Below are positions 24,609-32,470 of a stretch of 40,722 bases of DNA, in pieces (position 1 is the stretch's first letter; every line of letters begins with the position of its first letter). This stretch comes from Candidatus Omnitrophota bacterium (lineage in GTDB: Bacteria > Omnitrophota > Omnitrophia > Omnitrophales > JACQLI01). Location of the stretch: positions 1 to 40,722 of the forward strand of contig JACQLI010000023.1 of assembly GCA_016204125.1 (NCBI GenBank), given 5' to 3'. The notes beneath the pieces are model-generated. The model did no database searches. It was given only the letters and a program-made list of their open reading frames with translations, and was not told where the DNA came from. Made by a program: the position numbers and the translations under genes.

Positions 24609-26639
24609 TTACTCCGAAAGAAGTTGTTTGATTTCGTCAATCTGCTCTAGTGTTTTTTCTTCGCCTGCGCGGATAAATTTATCAGGGTCATAAAATTCAG
24701 CCCAATTGGCGTCGTGGACAATCGGGTGAATCAATACATCCGCCTCCTGGCTTGCCACTTCTGCGATCTCATACTCCATGAATTGGATCGTATGCATGAT
24801 GACATTAAAGATATTACCCGAAAAATGCTGATTGAGCCTCTCCGATAAGGGTGTTAAGATTTTTCTCCATACGATATTATCCGACTTTTGGGTAAGGAAT
24901 TGTTTTCTTTTTTCGGCTCTTACGCGAGTTTTTTGAGCCCTATCTTCAGGCCCGAGCAGAACATTCACAGCGATAATCTTCTTCACACCCATCTTGGCAA
25001 GCACATCGACGGGAAGTGGATCAAGAATCCCTCCGTCGATCAGAAGCCCCCCTGCGTAATGAAGGGGTCGGAAAATCCCCGGTATGGAAATGCTAGCACG
25101 TACGGCATCCACAATTCTGCCGGTCTCAAAAACATGAGCTTGAGAGGTTGAGAGGTTTGTCGCAACAACTCTTACTGGAATCTGTAGATCTCGAAATGTC
25201 CGATCTCCCAGAAAGGATTCCATATAACGTGTCACTTGATGGCCGTGAAAAAAACCGTGATGAGCGAGCGAAAGATCCCGAAATCCAATCAGTTTAAAAA
25301 AAGCGTTCCTTCGATCCAGACTTTTCGCAATCTTCTCAAGATCATTAGCTCGATAACCTGAAGCCCAAAAAGCAGCCACAAGAGCACCCATGCTTGAGCC
25401 TGCAATCACATCTACAGATATGTTTTCTTTTTCCAAAACCCTCAGGACTCCAATATGAGCGAGTCCATACGCTGCCCCGCTTCCCAGAACAAGTCCTAAA
25501 AGCGTACCTGCGAGTTCCTTGCTGATAAAACGCATCGTAGAATGATACCGTTCAGGTTGTTTGCTTCGAACTGGTAACACACTAAAAATCTTGAGATTGA
25601 GAGTCTTTTCCTTCTCATCATAGAAGGTTGGAGACTGTTGATTATTTCTTTCTGGCAATATTACTTTGATCTCGCTTTTCGAAAAACCAAAGGTTTTTTC
25701 AAGCTCATGAATAATCGGCAGGGCCTTAGAAAGTGCCGTATCGCTGGGGTCGAGTAAGAGGTAAGCCAGGTCAGATTGTTTGAGAGCTTTAGAAGACCAA
25801 TCGCCCATCTCGCGTCCCAAGCGAATCAGGAGAAAATCGAAACGATAGGTAAGAAAAGTAAGAAGTGTGGAGAGCCTTTTCTCACCATCTCCGCCTTTCC
25901 CAGAATCAATGGGTAGATATTGGAACCCAGGCGGACAATCGAGCAAAAAAGGCTTAAGGTCAGATTCCCTGGTCACATCAACCTTGGTTAACGGAAAACG
26001 ATTCCTCGTCTTCTCAAGAAATTCCTGTGAAACAGAACTATCGGGTACGGGAAGAAAATCGATGATGATAACACGCGACTTCGTCTCCTGGACAAGGTCG
26101 GTTGCCAAATCTTCTAAAAACTGAAAACTGTCGGGTGAAGAGAGGGAACTGTAAAGACTGGCTACCTTGACTTCGAGTTTCTCTTTTCCGGGATCCTCGA
26201 TCTTGGTGAGGCGATGACCGAGTGTTCGACTGAGATGAATAGAAAGGGCTGGAATCTCTTCGAGGACTTTTAAGAAATTCTCTTTATCGAGCTTCAGCAA
26301 AATCCCATCCGAGCGGGCCTCTACAGAAGCGCTGTGGACATGACCGGTTAAAAGGGACGATTCCCCGAAATAGTCTCCTCGGTAAAGGAAGATGAGGGTT
26401 TTGTCTTCTTCTCCTCGAGCCTTTTGGAAGACACGAAATCTTCCCGAGACAATGACATAAAAAGCGTCTGCCGGCTTCCCCTCTTCGTAGACATAGTCTC
26501 CCCTTTTGTATTCCACGAGACGCATTCTCTTTTCTATAAGCCTTATTTCAGAAGGGGAAAGGGATGAAAAAAGAGGAATTTCCTGAAGGGAATAACCTCT
26601 ACTGACCTCTAATTTTCGACCAAAAGGAAAGAGGACCAT
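24609..26639 (-). CDS. cyclic-nucleotide-binding domain / patatin-like phospholipase fusion protein
   Basis: N-terminal cNMP-binding domain with FGESSLL...HSASVEA. C-terminal patatin domain with GSGAAYGLAHIG (oxyanion hole), GSSMGA (GxSxG) and LIDGG. A linker of about 200 aa between them has no motif I recognise. Confidence 0.85.
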   Translation of the reverse strand: MVLFPFGRKLEVSRGYSLQEIPLFSSLSPSEIRLIEKRMRLVEYKRGDYVYEEGKPADAFYVIVSGRFRVFQKARGEEDKTLIFLYRGDYFGESSLLTGHVHSASVEARSDGILLKLDKENFLKVLEEIPALSIHLSRTLGHRLTKIEDPGKEKLEVKVASLYSSLSSPDSFQFLEDLATDLVQETKSRVIIIDFLPVPDSSVSQEFLEKTRNRFPLTKVDVTRESDLKPFLLDCPPGFQYLPIDSGKGGDGEKRLSTLLTFLTYRFDFLLIRLGREMGDWSSKALKQSDLAYLLLDPSDTALSKALPIIHELEKTFGFSKSEIKVILPERNNQQSPTFYDEKEKTLNLKIFSVLPVRSKQPERYHSTMRFISKELAGTLLGLVLGSGAAYGLAHIGVLRVLEKENISVDVIAGSSMGALVAAFWASGYRANDLEKIAKSLDRRNAFFKLIGFRDLSLAHHGFFHGHQVTRYMESFLGDRTFRDLQIPVRVVATNLSTSQAHVFETGRIVDAVRASISIPGIFRPLHYAGGLLIDGGILDPLPVDVLAKMGVKKIIAVNVLLGPEDRAQKTRVRAEKRKQFLTQKSDNIVWRKILTPLSERLNQHFSGNIFNVIMHTIQFMEYEIAEVASQEADVLIHPIVHDANWAEFYDPDKFIRAGEEKTLEQIDEIKQLLSE

Positions 26640-26656
26640 TTGGGTCTATTTATCGG

Positions 26657-26687
26657 CAAAAGGGGGAGGCTTCCTAACGAAAAGCCT
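26657..26687 (-). terminator. weak intrinsic terminator candidate after glpK
   Basis: The minus strand reads AGGCTT-TTCGTTAGG-AAGCCT followed by CCCCCTTTTGCC. The stem is only 6 bp and the U-run is short. Confidence 0.25.
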
Positions 26688-28174
26688 TAAAGGAGCCGCT
26701 TGACCGCCGATTTCCAGGATTCTAGCTTTTCTAGGCGTTCACGGACTCTCATTTTGGGACCAAATTTCTTATAATGGCGAACCCTATCAATGACTTTAAC
26801 ATCTTTCCAAAAACCACACTGAACACCAGCCAACTTAGCAGCCCCCCAGGCTGTAGATTCTGTCATATCGGATCGCAAAACTGGAACGCCGAGAAGATCT
26901 GCCTGAAACTGCATCAAATAATTGTTGCGGGCAGCTCCCCCGTCGACTTTGAGGAATTTGGGGTTCCGGCGAGTCACTTCAACCATCGCCTGAAATACAT
27001 CGGTTACCTGATAAGCAATGGATTCAAGAGTAGCCCTGATGAGGTGTTCTCTTTTCGTCCCCCGTGTAAGACCCAAAATGGCACCTCGAACATTCGGTTT
27101 CCAGTACGGAGCACCCAGTCCTGTAAATGCGGGCACAACGATCACGCCTCCTGAATCTTTAATCGAGCGGGCGATCTTTTCCGTATCGCTTGCCTTCTGA
27201 ATCAACTTAAGCCCATCTCGAAGCCACTGAATCGCAGCACCCGTAATGAAAACTGAACCTTCAAGAGCGTAAACAGGCTTTCCTTCCTTATCACAAGCAA
27301 GAGTTCCAAGAAGTCCCTTTGACGGACGTTTGTAAGTCTTTCCCTGATTCATGACCAGAAAACAACCTGTGCCGTATGTATTCTTCATCTCTCCTGGGCC
27401 GTAACATCCTTGTCCATAAAGAGCGGCCTGTTGATCACCCACTAATGAGCAGATCGGAATTCCTGCATTGAGTGGCCCCAGCTTCGATGTCTTGCCGTAT
27501 GAAAAAGCAGAGGGGTGAACTTCGGGAAGAATGGTAGAGGGAATATGGAGCAATTTTAAGATGTCGCGGTCCCAAGCTTTTCTCTTGAGGTTTAAAAGAA
27601 GGGTTCGTGACGCATTGGTAGCATCTGTTGCGTGCACCTTTCCACCCGTTAAATTCCAAAGTAGCCAAGAGTCAATGGTTCCAAATAGGACATCACTCTT
27701 AGCGGCTCGCCTTCTGAGACCTGGAATAGTATCGAGGAGCCATTTGATCTTGGTACCCGAGAAATAAGGGTCCAACACAAGCCCTGTTCTGTCCTGGAAA
27801 TAGGGTTCCAGGCCTCTTTTCTTGAGGTTGCTGCAAAGTTCGGAAGTCCGTCGATCCTGCCAGACGATGGCCTTGGCAATAGGCCTTCCCGTTTTCCTTT
27901 CCCAAAGAACGGTTGTCTCTCTTTGGTTGGTAATCCCAATAGCAGCGATTTTTGAAGGAGAGATTCTCGCCTCAGAAAGGGCTTTTTGGATCACTCGCTC
28001 TGTCGAGTGAAGAATTTCCAAGGCATCGTGTTCGACCCAACCGGGATGAGGAAAGTGTTGACGAAATTCTTGATAGCCTCCCCCTTGAATACGACCATGA
28101 CGGTCATAAAGAAGCGCGCGCGTGCCTGTTGTTCCTTGATCGATCGCTAGAACAGAGCTTCGAGAGTCTAACAT
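26687..28174 (-). CDS. glpK: glycerol kinase
   Basis: AIDQGTTGTR, ITNQRETT, GDQQAAL and GGAARNN. Confidence 0.95.
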   Translation of the reverse strand: MLDSRSSVLAIDQGTTGTRALLYDRHGRIQGGGYQEFRQHFPHPGWVEHDALEILHSTERVIQKALSEARISPSKIAAIGITNQRETTVLWERKTGRPIAKAIVWQDRRTSELCSNLKKRGLEPYFQDRTGLVLDPYFSGTKIKWLLDTIPGLRRRAAKSDVLFGTIDSWLLWNLTGGKVHATDATNASRTLLLNLKRKAWDRDILKLLHIPSTILPEVHPSAFSYGKTSKLGPLNAGIPICSLVGDQQAALYGQGCYGPGEMKNTYGTGCFLVMNQGKTYKRPSKGLLGTLACDKEGKPVYALEGSVFITGAAIQWLRDGLKLIQKASDTEKIARSIKDSGGVIVVPAFTGLGAPYWKPNVRGAILGLTRGTKREHLIRATLESIAYQVTDVFQAMVEVTRRNPKFLKVDGGAARNNYLMQFQADLLGVPVLRSDMTESTAWGAAKLAGVQCGFWKDVKVIDRVRHYKKFGPKMRVRERLEKLESWKSAVKRLL

Positions 28175-28255
28175 TCGATTAAATGTTTATGAAATGTTTA
28201 AACGAATGCGAGCGAAAAGAGAGTTTGTTTCTTGTAGAGAAAGGAAGGAATGTTG

Positions 28256-28648
28256 CTATTCAAGCTCGGAGACTTGCTCGGGGTCTGTAAAATCGTTGAC
28301 CTTCGTCTCCAACCAATGATTGTATGCGTAATCCAAGACACGAAACTTGTCAACAGGGTCCATCATCATGAAACGGACTCCAAGATCGTACCCCTGATCC
28401 TGTCCTCTCAAGGTCTGGCTCCACACCACTTTACCTGTGGTACGAACAGGTTTGGGGTCATCGGGAATGTCCAGTTCAAGATCGAGTGTTGATCCTTCAG
28501 GAATCTGGGTGGGTGAGTTGATCTTAAGCCCTTCCCGAGAAAGATCTTTGCTTAGAGCTATCCCGCGACTTCCGTCTGTATTCGGCAGCTCATAACGGAC
28601 GCTCATGTAGGCGTCGAAGCGTTTGAATTTCCGCCTCTCCTTTTCCAT
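28256..28648 (-). CDS. PilZ domain protein
   Basis: RRKFKRF (RxxxR) and DLSREGL (DxSxxG) with the usual spacing. Confidence 0.75.
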   Translation of the reverse strand: MEKERRKFKRFDAYMSVRYELPNTDGSRGIALSKDLSREGLKINSPTQIPEGSTLDLELDIPDDPKPVRTTGKVVWSQTLRGQDQGYDLGVRFMMMDPVDKFRVLDYAYNHWLETKVNDFTDPEQVSELE

Positions 28649-28782
28649 AGTGAGTCTCCTTCTTCTTAATGCTTTCTTGCTTCCCTTTTTATATCATCGA
28701 CAGAAATGAGATAAACCACACCGTCATCTCTTAACTCTTTTATTAGCAAGGGGTTAGAACCACTTTCTAAACCGCTAAAGAA

Positions 28783-28811
28783 ACTATAACACACGCTTCG
28801 TGTATTTACAA
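28783..28811 (-). promoter_or_regulatory. sigma-70-like promoter candidate for the PilZ gene
   Basis: The minus strand reads TTGTAA, a 17-nt spacer, then TATAGT. The spacer contains the palindrome ACACG-CTT-CGTGT. Confidence 0.4.
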
Positions 28812-28838
28812 GAGTGGGGAGCACTTTTTTTAGAAAGT

Positions 28839-28899
28839 CTGGCTCACTATCGGCCTCTGCTGATAGCTGAAGTGCCTATCACCTTACTTGGACATGCAG
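28839..28899. repeat. half-copy of the intergenic palindromic repeat family (copy C)
   Basis: tctggctcactatcggcctctgctgatagctgaagtgcctatcaccttacttggacatgcag matches 32412-32470 at roughly 40 of 57 positions in my hand alignment. It contains CTATC-N10-GATAG-N9-CTATC. Confidence 0.6.
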
Positions 28900-28902
28900 T
28901 CG

Positions 28903-29400
28903 TCAGCGGTAGTTGATAAATTGAAGAGGAACGCTCGAAGGGTAATTCTTGAGATGCTGAATGACGTTTTGAAGATCGTCTTTGGAACGTGAACTGACGC
29001 GAACCTCATCACCTTGAATCGCGGCCTGTACCTTAAAACCTGTTTTTTTGATTTCTTTCACAATCTCCTTCGCTTTTTCGCCAGGGATCCCCACTGTGAG
29101 TTTGACTTCCTGACGTATCAATCCATCAAAGGCTTTGTCTTCACTCCCCCATTCCAGTGACTTAAGAGGAACCTTCCGCGATGCTAATCGAGTGGTTAAA
29201 ATATCACGCAAATTTTTAAGTTTCAGTTCGTCATCTGCAAGAAGTAAGATTTTCTTTTCGTCTCGATTCCAATCGATCGTGCTCTGGCTTCCTTTGAAAT
29301 CGAAACGACCGGCCAATTCCTTCTTTGCCTGATTGATCGCATTGTCTACTTCCTGAAGATCCACGCGGGAGACAATGTCAAAGGAAAATTCGTTGGCCAT
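28903..29400 (-). CDS. yajQ: YajQ family (UPF0234) nucleotide / cyclic-di-GMP-binding protein
   Basis: FSFDIVSRVDLQEVDNAINQAKKELAGRFDFKG is the hallmark N-terminus, and the length of about 165 aa fits. Confidence 0.9.
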   Translation of the reverse strand: MANEFSFDIVSRVDLQEVDNAINQAKKELAGRFDFKGSQSTIDWNRDEKKILLLADDELKLKNLRDILTTRLASRKVPLKSLEWGSEDKAFDGLIRQEVKLTVGIPGEKAKEIVKEIKKTGFKVQAAIQGDEVRVSSRSKDDLQNVIQHLKNYPSSVPLQFINYR

Positions 29401-29772
29401 TTAATGAAGGCTCTCCTCCTGCTGGGCTCTGGCTTCCACGTATCGACGAACGAGATCCTGATAACCAGGCTCCAAGTCAACAAATTCAAGGCCTGTATCA
29501 AAACATTCTTTCTTGCCTGCAGATTCGCGTGAAGGAACGCTCCAGATCACTTTAGCCGAGCATTCTATCCATGGAAGATTGGGGTTTAATTCGAGACGAA
29601 CGGACACGGTTGAAAAACGCTCAAGCGGTTGATCTATGATCACACAAAGTCCCCCCGCACCCACATTCTCTGTTTGGAGATGGAGAGTCTCTTCCTTTGG
29701 TCGATTTCCAAGAATCAATTCACAACGCAAATTAATCCGTGGAAATTTTCTCTTATTGAAGCCGTCCCACAT
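29401..29772 (-). CDS. PilZ domain protein
   Basis: KRKFPRI (RxxxR) and NVGAGGL (D/NxSxxG-like). Its stop directly abuts the yajQ start. Confidence 0.7.
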   Translation of the reverse strand: MWDGFNKRKFPRINLRCELILGNRPKEETLHLQTENVGAGGLCVIIDQPLERFSTVSVRLELNPNLPWIECSAKVIWSVPSRESAGKKECFDTGLEFVDLEPGYQDLVRRYVEARAQQEESLH

Positions 29773-29795
29773 CCTTGCCTCGAGGAAAGAATAAT

Positions 29796-30572
29796 TTATT
29801 GATAAAGAGCGCGGATAAAACTATCAGAAAAATTTGCTGCGATTGGCTTTTTGCGAAATTCTTCAAGTTGAGTCTGTGCTTCTCTGAAGGTCCCAAAACG
29901 GCCTAAAAAGACGGCGTAAAAGGTCTTTCCATTCGTTCGTTGAAGAGATTGGGCAAATGCTGAAAGTTTCTGATCTGCCATTTGACGGGCTAAGTTCTGA
30001 GCATCCTGTTCTCTCGCATAGGTACAAACCTGGATCACATAAGGCTTCTGTGTGGCAACAGGAGGAGATGGAGCTTTCTTTATAGGCGGCGCAGCTGGTT
30101 CAATTTTTACTTCTCTTTCTTTTGAAGACTTCACTGTCGCGGGCGTTATGGGTTTAGACAATTGCATGCTTTTGACTCGGTGCGCATTTAACGTATGAAT
30201 GGCCAGAAAAAGAAGACCAACGACTACAATACTAAGGGTCCAGCCTGTTGCAATCTTCGGAAGTAGAACTTTGACAAAATTCCAGCCTGCTTTGAGAAAG
30301 ATTTGCAGGTAATTACCCAAAACCAACAACACCTTTAAAGTCGCCTCGAGCATACTCCGCCAAGGAATGGAAACCCTTATTTTCTTGGGTGGCGCCTTAA
30401 CGAAGATATCTTTGGCCTGACGGGGGACATCGGTAAACTGAGATTCGATTTCCTCGTTTACGGTAGGTTGACTCACATGATGACGACCGTAAAGTTTCTG
30501 CTGAATTTCCTTTTCGCTCAGAGGGCGAAGCGTCTCCGTCCCTTTCCCTCTTCCGATACGAACTTTGATCAT
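29796..30572 (-). CDS. SPOR domain membrane protein
   Basis: A central TM segment and a C-terminal YVIQVCTYAREQDAQNLARQM...FYAVFLGRFGTFREAQ, the SPOR beta-alpha-beta-beta pattern. Confidence 0.7.
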   Translation of the reverse strand: MIKVRIGRGKGTETLRPLSEKEIQQKLYGRHHVSQPTVNEEIESQFTDVPRQAKDIFVKAPPKKIRVSIPWRSMLEATLKVLLVLGNYLQIFLKAGWNFVKVLLPKIATGWTLSIVVVGLLFLAIHTLNAHRVKSMQLSKPITPATVKSSKEREVKIEPAAPPIKKAPSPPVATQKPYVIQVCTYAREQDAQNLARQMADQKLSAFAQSLQRTNGKTFYAVFLGRFGTFREAQTQLEEFRKKPIAANFSDSFIRALYQ

Positions 30573-31060
30573 TGTCTTCCCTTACTAACCGTATTGTTTC
30601 CCTTAAGCGATAACGTAAATTTCAAAAGCTCAATGCGGCCCATGGGCACCTTCGCTCGAGAATGAAAACCCCGGCTTTCAAAAAACTTGAGGGCGCCTTC
30701 CATCTTTGAGGTTGTTTTAAAAACAAGCTCGCGGTATCCTGCCTCTTCGCAAAACTCAATCGCTCGCTTAAGAAGCTCAGAACCGATTTTTTTTTGCCTA
30801 TACTGTGGGGCAACGAAAATCCGGCGGATCAGGGCAACTCGTTCGTCTTCCCGCTTCACCCCAATCGTCCCCACAATCTTTTTCCCTTCTTCCGCAACGA
30901 AGAAGGCCTCATCAAGCTTTCCATATGATCCTTCGAGGTTATCCAAATCATCGAAGGAAAAGGCGGCTTTTTCATCCTTGAATTCGCCGTCCATAATCTG
31001 TGAGATCAACTTTTTGACCGCTTCTCCATCTTTCGGTTCAAAACGTCGAATTTCGACCAC
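30569..31060 (-). CDS. GNAT family N-acetyltransferase
   Basis: Acetyl-CoA binding motif VAPQYRQKKIGSELLKRAIEF. Confidence 0.85.
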   Translation of the reverse strand: MVEIRRFEPKDGEAVKKLISQIMDGEFKDEKAAFSFDDLDNLEGSYGKLDEAFFVAEEGKKIVGTIGVKREDERVALIRRIFVAPQYRQKKIGSELLKRAIEFCEEAGYRELVFKTTSKMEGALKFFESRGFHSRAKVPMGRIELLKFTLSLKGNNTVSKGRQ

Positions 31061-31068
31061 TTAGCGGC

Positions 31069-31377
31069 TCACTTCTTGGGTGTTGCTGGTGCTTGTTTCT
31101 TCTTCTCTGCGCCCGCAGCTGGGGCTGCTGGGGAAGGAGTGGCGGCTGGCGCAGCTGTTCCCGGGGCTGGTGCTGCCGCCCCTTCTGCTGTAGCTTTTTC
31201 AGCCTTCACCTTCTTCATTTTAATCTTAAGTGACTTGACCTTTGGGAGACCGAATACGGAGTTTCGATCGTTCCATTTTTCCGCTTCCTGCAAGCGATGG
31301 ATTCGTTCATGACGCTTCAGAACGTTCCGATGCTTGGTTCGCGTTGGGTCAAATCTGAGACTTGAATGTTGTGACAT
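31069..31377 (-). CDS. small basic protein with Ala/Pro-rich tail
   Basis: TKHRNVLKRHERIHRLQEAEKW...SVFGLPKVK resembles the small basic protein family I associate with Planctomycetota and Verrucomicrobiota. The tail is AAAPAPGTAAPAATPSPAAPAAG. Confidence 0.55.
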   Translation of the reverse strand: MSQHSSLRFDPTRTKHRNVLKRHERIHRLQEAEKWNDRNSVFGLPKVKSLKIKMKKVKAEKATAEGAAAPAPGTAAPAATPSPAAPAAGAEKKKQAPATPKK

Positions 31378-31384
31378 TTTGTCT

Positions 31385-32182
31385 TTAACTCCGATTTAAG
31401 AGTCGAATTCGCTCCCTCGCTTCTTCGACCTTTTCTCCCGTGCCTCCCGTTTCGAAAAAGGCCTGATAGTGCTGGAGGGCGAGGGCATGATTATACTCGT
31501 CATCGTAAATTTTTGCCAGTTGAAAGTGAGCCAAACTATACGTTGGATTGATGCTCAGGGCTTTTTGATAACTTTCGATGGCCATGCGTGACTCACCTTG
31601 AGAATGGTAGAATTCACCCAGGTTAAAATATGCAACAACGAGTTGGGGATTGAGTTCAACGGCCTTCTTAAAGTGATGGAGCGCAAGCTGGGAGGATCCC
31701 TTCTGAAGATAAGCATCCCCTAAGTTATTGTGAGTTAGTGCAAGATCAGGGTTGAGCTTTAAAGCAACTTGATACTCTTTAATCGCCTGATCATACTCTT
31801 TTCGGTGGTAGTAAAGATTGGCCAAATTGGTGTGAAAAGGGGCTTCTTGAGGGGCAAGACGAACGGCCTTTTTGTAGTATTTTTCGGCTTCTTCCAACTC
31901 CCCCTTTTCCTGCAGGATATTCCCAAGGTTATTGTAGGGTGTGGGGAGAGCTGGGTCTTTTTCGATAGCCCTTTTATAATGCTGGATAGCCTCTTCCACC
32001 TTCCCTAGATCCTCCAAGATGAGGGCCTCATTATGGAGAATAGTGGCCTCCTGCCAGGGTTCTAGGGGTGCATCCTCCGGCTTGGTGGAAGCGTAAGAAG
32101 GGTAGGGAGTTAAGGAAATTGCCCAGAGAAGAAAAACTAGGAGAAAAAAGGAGTGAGGCTTCCGAATTACAGGATCATTCAC
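31385..32182 (-). CDS. tetratricopeptide repeat protein with signal peptide
   Basis: Six or seven tandem 34-aa TPR units (recurring A..Y..AL.L.P....A..NLG pattern). The start codon is a GTG. Confidence 0.85.
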   Translation of the reverse strand: MNDPVIRKPHSFFLLVFLLWAISLTPYPSYASTKPEDAPLEPWQEATILHNEALILEDLGKVEEAIQHYKRAIEKDPALPTPYNNLGNILQEKGELEEAEKYYKKAVRLAPQEAPFHTNLANLYYHRKEYDQAIKEYQVALKLNPDLALTHNNLGDAYLQKGSSQLALHHFKKAVELNPQLVVAYFNLGEFYHSQGESRMAIESYQKALSINPTYSLAHFQLAKIYDDEYNHALALQHYQAFFETGGTGEKVEEARERIRLLNRS

Positions 32183-32227
32183 GAACCTTATGATACTGAT
32201 TTAGGGTGTCGTAGGCAACGATGTTCC

Positions 32228-32470
32228 CTTGATAGACGGCCGCATGACCAAGTAGGGTGATACATACACCGTTATCTCGTAGATAAGATAATGGCTGACC
32301 AACAAGTTCTGCTGATACGTGGGTAATCGTCACCCTAGTTGGACACGCAGCTTTGATAGACTGGATGACCAAGTGGTGTGATGCTGACACTGTTATCTGC
32401 AGCATAAAGTGATGGCCGGCTATCGGCTTCTGCAGATAACTGCTGTAGCTATCACGCCACTTAGACGTAG
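32228..32470. repeat. tandem pair (period 124 nt) of long imperfect palindromic repeats, copies A and B
   Basis: gataga recurs at 32231 and 32355. Copy B folds as a hairpin: 32373-32382 pairs with 32451-32460 (10 bp), about 6 bp follow, then gttatctgcag (32392-32402) pairs with ctgcagataac (32430-32440, 11 bp perfect). Copy A is a degenerate version whose outer stem is tagggtga / tcacccta. Confidence 0.7.

Noticed and set aside
28649-28782. c-di-GMP or other riboswitch in the leader of about 130 nt upstream of the PilZ gene
   Set aside because: I could not recognise any conserved riboswitch core, GEMM-type or other, by eye. Only a weak GAGAT/ATCTC hairpin is present. A covariance-model scan would be needed before making any claim.
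32228-32470. CRISPR array or integron attC sites as an explanation for the tandem repeats
   Set aside because: There are only two full units, with a 124-nt period and no unique spacers, and the units are divergent palindromes. The arms do not fit the RYYYAAC/GTTRRRY attC core sites. No cas or integrase gene is in the window.
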